A stretch of DNA of 33,248 nucleotides from Myxococcales bacterium. GTDB taxonomy: Bacteria; Myxococcota_A; Polyangia; Palsa-1104. The notes under the pieces are model-generated. The model was not told the DNA's origin, made no database searches, and worked only from the letters and a program-made list of their open reading frames with translations. The translations under genes were made by a program, and so were the position numbers. The stretch is taken from assembly GCA_043729375.1 (NCBI GenBank), contig JAYTLP010000082.1, forward strand, positions 1-33,248. Direction: 5' to 3'. Shown here piece by piece: positions 26,299 through 33,248 of the stretch. Every line of letters starts with the position of its first letter. Position 1 is the stretch's first letter.

Positions 26299-27099
26299 TC
26301 ATCGTGACGATACGAGGTGCAGCTCCACCCGACGGTTCGACTCGCGGCCGACGCTGGTGCGGTTGGTCGAGAGCGGCTGCGACGAGCCGAGACCGACTGC
26401 CTCGAGCCGCGACGCGTCGATACCCGCTGCGACGAGGTACGCCCGCACCGCTTCGGCCCGACCGCGGGAAAGCTTCGTGTTGGCGGCTGCGCTGCCACAC
26501 GCGTCGGTGTGACCTTCGATGCGGACCCGCAGCGCGGCACGACGTGCGAGGACCGCGCGGACCTCGTCGAGGAGCGGTGCCGATGCCGGGAGCACCACGG
26601 CCGTGCCGGTCTCGAAGCGCACCTTCTGGCGCAGCTCGATCTGCTCGTCGGTCACGACGATGAACTTCGGCGCGGGACAGCCCTCGTTCGCGGGGTCCCC
26701 CGGTTCGTCGCGGCAGCTATCGTCGGAATCCAAGATGCCGTCTCCATCTCCGTCCGGGGGTGGCACGACGACTGGCGCCGGGGTCGAAGGCGCGACCACG
26801 GTCGGCACCGTTGGCTCGACGGCGAGGCAGCGATCGGCGACCTCGAGCACGGCGCGGGCGCGATCCTCCGCGAGATCGGTCTCTCGCTCGGCGCGCACGA
26901 GCTCGCCGGCCGAGAGCTCGATGGACGCCAGCTGCGCGCGTGTCTCGGCCTGCGCGAGCAGGACAGGCGCGCAAGCGTACGCGCCGCGCTGTCTCGCGAG
27001 CACAGTGGTGTTGTGGACGCGCACGAGGCGCCGCTCCACACCGGCGCTGCAGCCGCACAGCAGCGACATCCACGCGAGCGACATCCACGCGAGCGACAT
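26299..27099 (-). CDS. OmpA-family peptidoglycan-associated lipoprotein with a TSP3-like Ca-binding repeat
   Basis: 3' part of ORF 26299..27327. Start ATG 27099 overlaps the upstream stop (TGATG). MSLAWMSLAWMSLLCGCS signal/lipobox; DGDGDGILDSDDSCRDEPGD; OmpA_C motif RVRIEGHTDACGSAAANTKLSRGRAEAVRAYLVAAGIDASRLEAVGLGSSQPL. Confidence 0.85.
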   Translation of the reverse strand: MSLAWMSLAWMSLLCGCSAGVERRLVRVHNTTVLARQRGAYACAPVLLAQAETRAQLASIELSAGELVRAERETDLAEDRARAVLEVADRCLAVEPTVPTVVAPSTPAPVVVPPPDGDGDGILDSDDSCRDEPGDPANEGCPAPKFIVVTDEQIELRQKVRFETGTAVVLPASAPLLDEVRAVLARRAALRVRIEGHTDACGSAAANTKLSRGRAEAVRAYLVAAGIDASRLEAVGLGSSQPLSTNRTSVGRESNRRVELHLVSSR

Positions 27100-27101
27100 C
27101 A
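27062..27101. repeat. 15-bp tandem repeat AGCGACATCCACGCG, 2 full copies plus a third that diverges after ~9 nt
   Basis: Read directly: 27062-27076 and 27077-27091 are identical, and 27092-27100 is a partial third copy. On the minus strand this encodes MSLAW-MSLAW-MSL, with in-frame ATGs at 27099, 27084 and 27069. Confidence 0.9.
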
Positions 27102-27365
27102 CCGGGTCGCCCGCCTCAGCGCTGCGTGGCCGAGCGAGCCGGCCCGGCGGCCGCACACGAGCGCGTCCTGCCACCGTGCGTAGCCGGCGAGCTCGCGCGC
27201 CCTGGCAAGGTAGAGCAGCCCCGCGGTGAGCTCGTACGGTGCGGCCTCCTGCCCGCCTTTCGCCGTGGCCTCGGCGAGCGTGCGCGAGGCCTCCGCCGTG
27301 ACCGAGAAATACGACGCTGGGCCGCACCCGCAGGCCAGCACGACGGCGAGCGAGAGCGCACGCAT
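27099..27365 (-). CDS. Small lipoprotein, possibly DUF4398-like
   Basis: ATG 27365 within ORF 27099..27734. MRALSLAVVLAC lipobox, followed by a helical segment (EASRTLAEATAKGGQEAAPYELTAGLLYLARARELAGYARWQDAL). The start lies 2 nt after the upstream gene's stop, and the stop overlaps the OmpA ATG. Confidence 0.6.
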   Translation of the reverse strand: MRALSLAVVLACGCGPASYFSVTAEASRTLAEATAKGGQEAAPYELTAGLLYLARARELAGYARWQDALVCGRRAGSLGHAALRRATR

Positions 27366-27367
27366 GT

Positions 27368-27883
27368 TCAGCGGTCGCGCTCGCCCTCTTGGACGAGGAA
27401 GCTCGCGGAGAGTATCAAGCCCGCGACGAGGCCCACGTCGATGATGACCACGGCCCACCCGAGCTTGCGAGCACCGAGCGGGGGCGCCATGCCGAGCGCG
27501 AACTCGGTGAACGTGCCGGCGTGGCCGACGCGCGCCCGGAGCATGACCAGCGCGACCAGCAGGAAGATGCCCAGCGCGATGGCGGAGATGGTCAGCTCCC
27601 GGCGATGACGCAACCGAAGCGCCGTCCAGCCGACGAGGTAGCCGCCCGCCTCCGCCGCAGCAGTTCCAACGACGGCGAGCCCCACGATGCCGAACGGGAG
27701 CCGCTCGGGCTCGACGAGGTAGAGCCAGCTCCACGCGGTGTGCACGAGCCCGAGGTACAGCACCGCAGGCGTGACGAGCACGACCTGATAGAAGAGCGGC
27801 ACGAGACCGTCGCGCGTGAATGGCGAGCGGCCCTCCGCAGCTTGACGGTGGGCGGCGAGCGAGAGCACCAGCCCGACGAGCAA
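27368..27883 (-). CDS. Integral membrane protein (4-5 predicted TM helices), unknown family
   Basis: ORF 27368..27883 with strong GC3 bias. Hydrophobic segments include VVLVTPAVLYLGLV, FGIVGLAVVGTAAAEAGGYLVGW, ISAIALGIFLLVALVML and WAVVIIDVGLVAGLILS. The only start is TTG 27883, with no Shine-Dalgarno sequence, so the 5' end is uncertain. Confidence 0.55.
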   Translation of the reverse strand: MLVGLVLSLAAHRQAAEGRSPFTRDGLVPLFYQVVLVTPAVLYLGLVHTAWSWLYLVEPERLPFGIVGLAVVGTAAAEAGGYLVGWTALRLRHRRELTISAIALGIFLLVALVMLRARVGHAGTFTEFALGMAPPLGARKLGWAVVIIDVGLVAGLILSASFLVQEGERDR

Positions 27884-28032
27884 GCTGGCGACGATCTGGA
27901 GCGGAATGGGCAGGAGACCTCTCAGCGCGGCGCGATGCGACGCGCGCCGTGGATCGAGACCATACCAGAGCGGCGGCGCGTGCCTCTCACGTCCGCCATG
28001 GTCATCGGTGTGTCGTTCCCGTCACGAATCAG

Positions 28033-28060
28033 TTGAAGGAGAAAATTCGCGTGGTATAAA
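28033..28060 (+). promoter_or_regulatory. Candidate sigma-70-type promoter with extended -10
   Basis: TTGAAG (28033-28038), a 16-nt spacer, then TGgTATAAA (28052-28060). It lies in the only clearly AT-enriched stretch of the window, about 45 nt upstream of GTG 28105. Confidence 0.35.
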
Positions 28061-28104
28061 ACGCGGCTCCTGAAACCACTCTCCTTTTATCCACCTTCCC
28101 GCCC

Positions 28105-28374
28105 GTGGAGGCTTTTCCCGTGAAACAACTCATCGCATACCTCCTCGAGAACCTCATCCTCGACTTCCAGGGTGACCTGACGCTCGACATGGTCCGCGAC
28201 TTCCTGCGCGACGACGAGAGCCGTGAGGGCCGCGCGCTCCTCTCGAAGCTCGTCGAGGATCGCGGCGTCTCGGATATGATGATCACCCTCGCCGATTGCC
28301 TGCAGGACTACCTGCGCACCGGCATCAACGACGAGACGGTGCGCGAGCAGATTCGCACCTACGCCGAGTCGTAG
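28105..28374 (+). CDS. Small acidic hypothetical protein (89 aa)
   Basis: ORF 28105..28374 (GTG 28105 or in-frame GTG 28120). Good GC3 bias. MEAFPVKQLIAYLLENLILDFQGDLTLDMVRDFLRDDESREG... No family recognised. The 3' end overlaps the recG 3' end by 16 nt. Confidence 0.55.
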   Translation: MEAFPVKQLIAYLLENLILDFQGDLTLDMVRDFLRDDESREGRALLSKLVEDRGVSDMMITLADCLQDYLRTGINDETVREQIRTYAES

Positions 28375-30368
28375 CCGGTACGGCGGCGCGCGAGAGCACG
28401 GGCCAGCCTCTGGTGGCCCGGTGCTCGTAGCGCCGGATCCTCGCCCGTGATGTGCGCCGCGGTCTCCTCGGCCAGCCTCGCGAGACGTTCGAGCATCTCG
28501 GCCGGTAGCGGCGGCAGCGACGGAAACCCGCTCTGCTCCACCCCTTGGAGCTCCCCCATTCCACGCAGCTGCAGGTCGGCCTCTGCGATGGCCTGACCGT
28601 CTTCCGACGCCACGAGCAACGCGAGCCTCGGCGTCTTTGCTTCCGCTACCAGCAAGCACCGCCCCGGCTTCTCGCCGCGACCGACGCGCCCGCGGAGCTG
28701 GTGCAGCGTCGCGAGGCCGAGCCGCTCAGGAGACTCGACGACCATGAGCGTGGCCTCGGGGATGTCGAGGCCGACCTCCACCACCGTGGTGGCCACGAGC
28801 ACGCCGCCGAGCGCGCGGAACGAGCGCAGCTGCTCCGCGCGCTCTGTCACCGGCTGCTGACCGTGACAGAGGTGCACCGGCACGTGGACGTGCGTGCCGA
28901 GCCAGCGCTCGACCTCGAGCACGCCGCGCCCCTCGAGAGAGTCGATGGTGGGGCAAATCCAGTAGACGAGCCCGCCGCGCTCCAGCTCGTCGCGCACCGC
29001 GGTGAGCGCCTTCGGCCGCGTGCTCAGCGCCGTGGTGATGCGTGCGCGCCCCGGTGGCCGCTCCGACAGGTGGCTCACCTCGACGAGACCGCGCAGCGCG
29101 AGCGCGAGCGTGCGCGGGATGGGGGTGGCCGACAGCGAGAGCTGGTGCACCGTGGCGCTGGAGAGCGCTGCACGCTGTCGCACGCCGAAGCGCTGCTGCT
29201 CGTCGATGACGACGAGCCCGAGGCCTGCGAGCTGGACGCGCTCCTCGAAGAGCGCGTGCGTGCCCACGACAACGTCGATCGGCCCGTGCGCATCCGCGAG
29301 CCCGGTCAGGGTCCGCGCGCGCTCCTTCGCCGACGTGCCCGAGTGCAGCAGCGCGACGCGCCGGCCGCCGAGCATCGAGCGCAGCGCGTCGGCCTGCTGC
29401 TCGGCCAGGAGAGCTGTCGGTGCCAGGAACGCGGCGCGGTGACCGGAGCCGACACACGCCTCGATCGCGCACGCCGCCACGAGCGTCTTGCCCGTCCCGA
29501 CGTCGCCCGTGAGGAGGCGGCGCATCGGACGCGTCGTGGCGAGCGCGGCGATGACCTCGTCGATAGCGCGGCGCTGCGTTGCCGTCGGTGCGTAAGGCAA
29601 CCCGGCCAGGAGCTTCGCGGTCGTACCCACCAGCACCGGCGCGCGACCGCCCTCGTCCCGCGCGGAGAGCCGGAGCACGAGCAGCTCCTCGAACGCGAGG
29701 CGCTGATGACCACGCGAGCGGCCCTCCAGCAGGGCCTGGCGCGCGTCGCCCTCGGGGAGTGGTGGAAGTGCGTGCAGCTCGCGCGCCGCGGTGAGCAGAT
29801 CGGGCAGCGGCGCCGGCACCACGAACTCGTCCACTCGGACGCTGCAGGCGAGCGCGACGAGCTTGCCGAGCACGGCGGAGGACACACCCTGGATCGGCGC
29901 ATAGCGAGGCCGGAGCGAGAGCTCTCGCGTGGCCTCATTCGCCACATCGCACGTCGGCTGGATCATCTCGCGTCCTCGCTGGGCGATGCGAAGCTTGCCC
30001 GCGGCACGCACACGCGCGCCGACCACGTAGCGCGCCGGCACCTCGCCACGATGACGGAACCAGCGCAGCAGCAGGTTGCCGTGCGCCTCGTCCTCGATGA
30101 CGACCTCGAGCGTCGCCCGCCGAAAAAAGCGCTTCACCGAAGCGCGCGTGATGGTGCCTTCGACGTACGCGCGCTCGCCTTCCTGCAGCGTCGCGAACGG
30201 CCGCAGCGCTCCCGCGTCGTCGTAGCGGCGCGGCGCGAACAGCAACAGGTCGGACAACCGCTCGAGCCCGGCGGCAGCGAGACGCTCGGCGGTCTTCGGC
30301 CCCACGCCCGGCAGCCCGAGCAGTGGCGCGTCAGCCGCGATCGTAGGGGACGACTTCGACGGTGACAT
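28359..30368 (-). CDS. recG: ATP-dependent DNA helicase RecG
   Basis: ORF 28359..30551, with start reassigned to ATG 30368 (MSPSKSSPTIAADAPLLGLPGVGPKTAERL). Wedge-domain region, Walker A GDVGTGKT, motif II VVIDEQQRFGV, LSATPIPRTLA, and LHQLRGRVGRG. Confidence 0.9.
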   Translation of the reverse strand: MSPSKSSPTIAADAPLLGLPGVGPKTAERLAAAGLERLSDLLLFAPRRYDDAGALRPFATLQEGERAYVEGTITRASVKRFFRRATLEVVIEDEAHGNLLLRWFRHRGEVPARYVVGARVRAAGKLRIAQRGREMIQPTCDVANEATRELSLRPRYAPIQGVSSAVLGKLVALACSVRVDEFVVPAPLPDLLTAARELHALPPLPEGDARQALLEGRSRGHQRLAFEELLVLRLSARDEGGRAPVLVGTTAKLLAGLPYAPTATQRRAIDEVIAALATTRPMRRLLTGDVGTGKTLVAACAIEACVGSGHRAAFLAPTALLAEQQADALRSMLGGRRVALLHSGTSAKERARTLTGLADAHGPIDVVVGTHALFEERVQLAGLGLVVIDEQQRFGVRQRAALSSATVHQLSLSATPIPRTLALALRGLVEVSHLSERPPGRARITTALSTRPKALTAVRDELERGGLVYWICPTIDSLEGRGVLEVERWLGTHVHVPVHLCHGQQPVTERAEQLRSFRALGGVLVATTVVEVGLDIPEATLMVVESPERLGLATLHQLRGRVGRGEKPGRCLLVAEAKTPRLALLVASEDGQAIAEADLQLRGMGELQGVEQSGFPSLPPLPAEMLERLARLAEETAAHITGEDPALRAPGHQRLARALARRRTGYDSA

Positions 30369-31617
30369 CGGCGAGGAGGCCCGCGCGCTCGAGCTCGGGA
30401 CGGAGCTCGTCGGCGGTGGTGACGACGACGATCTCGAGATCGTCGGGGCGAAGCAGGCGTGCGAGCGCCGCGTTGGTGGCTGCGAGCTCCACCGCCGCCA
30501 CGCGCTCCGGAAAGCGCGCGATGTGGTCCGGCGGGAAACCGGCGAGCTCACCGCTCAGGCGGAGATCGAGCCGGTCCTCCGGCGTGGCGAGGTTGAACGC
30601 AAAGCTCTCGCGCAGGTTGACGCGCGCGAACTCGAGCTCGTCGGCGGTGATGCCGCGCTTGCAGAAGTCGTTATATAGGCCGCGCACGAGCCCGAGCGCC
30701 TCCGCGGTCTGCTCGAGGGACGGGAAGAGGTTCATCACGAACGCCTTCGCACCGCGCCCCTGGCCGAGCCCCGCGCCCGCGCCGTACGACAGACCACGCT
30801 TGGTGCGCACTTCCTCGACGAGGCGAGAGGTGAAGGTGCCACCGAGCACGTGGGTCGCCACGAGCAGCCCGTCGAAGCCTGGCTCGCGCCAGTGCGGCGC
30901 CACGTGCCCGAGGAGGATCTGCGACTGCGTGCGCTCCGGCTTGTCGACGAGCGTGATGCGCGTGCCGGTGCGTGCCCGCGGCTCGGCGAACGCGCTGCCG
31001 TAACGCGCGTCGCTCCCGCGCAGGTCCGCGGCGTGATGACAGACGAGGCTGCGCGCTTCGGCGGGGGTCACGTCGCCAGCAAACGCGAAGAGGACACCGG
31101 GGCCTCGCACCGCGCCGTCGTGCCAGCGGCGCGCAGTCGCAGAGGTGAGGTGCGGCAGCGTGGCCTCGGTCCCCGTGAGCGTACGGCCATAGGGGCGGTC
31201 GCCGAACACGCGGCTCGCGAACACCCGCTGCGCCACGAGTGCATCTTCTTCGCGCAGCCCGTCGAGGTGTGCGAGCTGCTCGCGACGCAGCCTGTCCGCC
31301 TCGTCCACGGACAGCTCGGGCCGGAGCAGGATATCGCACAGCAGCGCCATCGACACGTCGAGCCGGTCGCGCAGCGTGGTGAGCTCGATCTGCGCGCCGT
31401 CGTGATGCGCGTGGATCGACAGCTGCGCGCCGATCGCATCGAGCGCCTCGTCGATCGCGATACGGCTCCGGCCCGCCGCGCCGCGCGCCATGAGCTCGGT
31501 GGTGAAGCTCGTCAGGCCGTCGAGCGCCGGCGAGTCGTCGGCGCCGCCGGTGCGCAGCGCCACCGTGAGCCGAACGATCGGGAGGTCGTGGTTCTCCTCG
31601 ACGAGGATGTCCGTCAC
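30331..31617 (-). CDS. M16-family peptidase homologue lacking the HxxEH zinc site (non-catalytic partner subunit)
   Basis: 3' part of ORF 30331..33126. GTG 31617 overlaps the upstream stop (GTGA). VTDILVEENHDLPIVRLTVALRTGGADDSPALDGLTSFTTELMARG has FTTEL where HxxEH would be. Shows the two-lobe M16 architecture. Confidence 0.8.
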   Translation of the reverse strand: MTDILVEENHDLPIVRLTVALRTGGADDSPALDGLTSFTTELMARGAAGRSRIAIDEALDAIGAQLSIHAHHDGAQIELTTLRDRLDVSMALLCDILLRPELSVDEADRLRREQLAHLDGLREEDALVAQRVFASRVFGDRPYGRTLTGTEATLPHLTSATARRWHDGAVRGPGVLFAFAGDVTPAEARSLVCHHAADLRGSDARYGSAFAEPRARTGTRITLVDKPERTQSQILLGHVAPHWREPGFDGLLVATHVLGGTFTSRLVEEVRTKRGLSYGAGAGLGQGRGAKAFVMNLFPSLEQTAEALGLVRGLYNDFCKRGITADELEFARVNLRESFAFNLATPEDRLDLRLSGELAGFPPDHIARFPERVAAVELAATNAALARLLRPDDLEIVVVTTADELRPELERAGLLADVTVEVVPYDRG

Positions 31618-32894
31618 GGGAGCCACCCCTGCGGCCGCGCCACGACCGTGGTGCACCGGACAGGCACCAGATGCGCCGCGACGACGCGCTGCACGGCGCT
31701 CGCATCCACGGCCGCGTAGCGCTGCGGCGCCTCGAACAGCCGACGGTAGTCGCCGAGCGTCACCTCGGCGAGGCCGAGGCTCTCCGCCTTGCCGGCCTGC
31801 GGACGGAGCCCTGTCCAGAAGCGCGTGAGCAGGCGTGCGCGCGCGCCCTCCACCTCCCCCGGTCTCGGCCCCTCGGCAGCGAGCGACGCGAGCTCGAACT
31901 CGATGACGCGCTCGGCCTCCTCTGCTCGATGGCCGCGCCTCATCGCGACGGAGATCTCGAAGAGGCCCGGATCGCGGAACGGCGCGAGGGAGGCCTGCAC
32001 GCTCGCCGCGAGCTCCCGGTCGACCACGAGCGCGCGGTAGAGCCGCGACGCGTTCCCACCGGCCAGGAGCTCGGCGACGAGCTCGAGCGTGACCCAGCTC
32101 GCCTCGCGCTGCCCCACCGCCGGCCAGCCGAGCTGCACGCGATCGGCCGTGACTGCTTTTTCGATCTCGTGACGGCGTGCTGCCGTCTGCGCAGGCTCGG
32201 TGACGAGCGGCTCCGCCGGCGCCGGCGCGCTCGCGATCGGCCCGTAGGTCGACTCGAGCGCGGCGAGCGTGGCGCGCTCGTCGAAGTCCCCGACCACCAC
32301 GAGCGTCGCGTTGCTCGGCGCGTAGAAGCTGCGGTAGAACGCCCGGCAATCTTCGATGGTGATTGCCTCTATGTCCCGCATCCAGCCAATGGTGGGCCAG
32401 TGGTAGGGGTGACTCGTGAAGGCACGCGCGTAGAGCGCTTCGTTCAGCGTGCCGTCGACGGAGTCCTCCACGCGGAACCTGCGCTCGTTCATCACGACCT
32501 CGCGCTCCGACTCCACCTGCTCGTCGCCGAGAAGGAGGTGCTGCATGCGCTCCGACTCGAGCTCGATGAGCGTCGGGAGCGCCGCAGCTGGCGCGTTCGT
32601 CACGTAGCAGGTCCAGTCGACCCACGTGCCCGCGTTGGTCTCGCCCCCGACCGCCTCGATGCGGCGGTCGAACTCTCCGGGCGGCAGGTTCACCGTCTGG
32701 TTGAACATGAGGTGCTCGAACAGGTGCGCGATGCCGGTGCGACCTCGTACCTCGTGGCGAGATCCGACACGAAACCACGTCTGGTACGCAACCACCGGCG
32801 CGGAGGCATCTCGCAAGAGGACGATCGCGAGGCCGTTGTCGAGCGCGTGCTTCCTCACGACGAGGGATCCAAAGGCGTGCTCCGAGACGAGCAT
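31614..32894 (-). CDS. M16-family zinc metallopeptidase (pitrilysin/insulinase type), catalytic subunit
   Basis: ORF 31614..32894. GIAHLFEHLMF (HxxEH) with downstream ERMQHL...EREVVMNE glutamates. The ATG 32894 directly abuts the upstream stop at 32895-32897. Confidence 0.85.
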   Translation of the reverse strand: MLVSEHAFGSLVVRKHALDNGLAIVLLRDASAPVVAYQTWFRVGSRHEVRGRTGIAHLFEHLMFNQTVNLPPGEFDRRIEAVGGETNAGTWVDWTCYVTNAPAAALPTLIELESERMQHLLLGDEQVESEREVVMNERRFRVEDSVDGTLNEALYARAFTSHPYHWPTIGWMRDIEAITIEDCRAFYRSFYAPSNATLVVVGDFDERATLAALESTYGPIASAPAPAEPLVTEPAQTAARRHEIEKAVTADRVQLGWPAVGQREASWVTLELVAELLAGGNASRLYRALVVDRELAASVQASLAPFRDPGLFEISVAMRRGHRAEEAERVIEFELASLAAEGPRPGEVEGARARLLTRFWTGLRPQAGKAESLGLAEVTLGDYRRLFEAPQRYAAVDASAVQRVVAAHLVPVRCTTVVARPQGWLP

Positions 32895-33248
32895 TCAGTA
32901 GTCCATCCCCAGCGCGAACCCCGCATGCAGCGCACCCATCGTGTAGCGCCCCGCGGCCGAAGCCACGGCGCTGCCAGCGATGTGCTTCTTGCACGCAGGT
33001 AGCGCGTAGCCCGCGTCGACGCACTGGGCTTCGGCGCGCGGGTCGTACACCTGGCCACCTTGGCCGTTGAACCACGTGGTGCCGCCGACGTGCGCACCGA
33101 TGGTGAAGTGCGCGCGCGGCTTCCACTCGACCGTCAGCGCGAAGTCGATCTTGTGGCCTTCGAGGTTGGCCGCGCTCACGTGGTCGAGCTCGACGGGGCT
33201 GGACTCGTAGAACACGGACGGGGAGAGCCTGAGCTTGTCGGTGATTTT
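32895..33248 (-). CDS. Probable outer-membrane beta-barrel protein, C-terminal fragment (N-terminus off the right edge)
   Basis: The frame of ORF 32895..33215 stays open to the window end (KITDKLRLSPSVFYESS...). Alternating-hydrophobic strands (KIDFALTVEW, AHFTIGAHVGG, RYTMGALHAGFALGMDY) and a terminal aromatic residue. Confidence 0.5.
   Translation of the reverse strand, partial: KITDKLRLSPSVFYESSPVELDHVSAANLEGHKIDFALTVEWKPRAHFTIGAHVGGTTWFNGQGGQVYDPRAEAQCVDAGYALPACKKHIAGSAVASAAGRYTMGALHAGFALGMDY

Noticed and set aside
26299-27327. The full 342-aa version of the OmpA ORF, and the full 211-aa version of ORF 27099..27734
   Set aside because: The upstream extensions are Arg/Gly-rich and overlap better-supported genes. 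The internal ATGs (27099 and 27365) give proper lipoprotein signal peptides and form stop/start junctions with their neighbours.
30331-33126. A single 931-aa ORF spanning both M16 genes
   Set aside because: The N-terminal ~500 aa (MEAARALHHRCARRRHH...) is Arg-rich nonsense that overlaps the real HxxEH peptidase gene (31614..32894) in another frame. Only the part from GTG 31617 shows M16 similarity, and that GTG overlaps the upstream stop (GTGA).

Overview
Very GC-rich (about 70% by eye, not computed), densely coding bacterial chromosomal DNA. Protein signatures point to Myxococcota: a Myxococcus-style PilB N-terminus, eukaryotic-like Ser/Thr kinases and many TPR or lipoprotein envelope genes. 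I support about 33 protein-coding genes. I saw no rRNA, tRNA, CRISPR array, transposase or integrase.

Main recognisable element: a type IV pilus (T4P) motor cluster at 17.7-24.6 kb, ordered pilB, unknown ORF, pilT, pilC, PilS-like histidine kinase. It has no pilin, PilR, prepilin peptidase, PilMNOPQ or secretin in the window.

The cluster is bracketed by uncharacterised envelope and signalling genes:
- Upstream, on the same strand: a 70-aa stand-alone MshEN-like mini-protein, a predicted pseudokinase (HRD changed to HGG), a TPR/2-TM protein and a PPC-domain lipoprotein.
- Downstream, convergent: a tightly coupled four-gene operon (membrane protein, small lipoprotein, OmpA-family lipoprotein, TPR plus putative beta-barrel protein). 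Its last gene shares a roughly 100-aa domain I cannot name with the upstream TPR protein.

Other content:
- GT2 glycosyltransferase (partial)
- ECF sigma / RskA-like anti-sigma pair
- alpha/beta hydrolase
- an active Ser/Thr kinase whose periplasmic domain is paralogous to the translationally coupled downstream secreted protein
- DUF429-like and UPF0158-like genes
- rpoZ
- a protein with a C-terminal J domain
- a ferritin-like lipoprotein
- an RlmI-like methyltransferase
- an orphan 3,5-diaminohexanoate dehydrogenase-like gene
- an OMP / M16 / M16 / recG gene string

Sequence-level oddities:
- a degenerate in-frame copy of the pilT 5' coding end, forming a 21-codon uORF whose TAG abuts the pilT ATG
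- a 15-bp tandem repeat creating three in-frame ATGs in an OmpA lipoprotein signal peptide
- an ORF between pilB and pilT with no canonical start codon

All family calls come from motif recognition by eye. No database search was possible.
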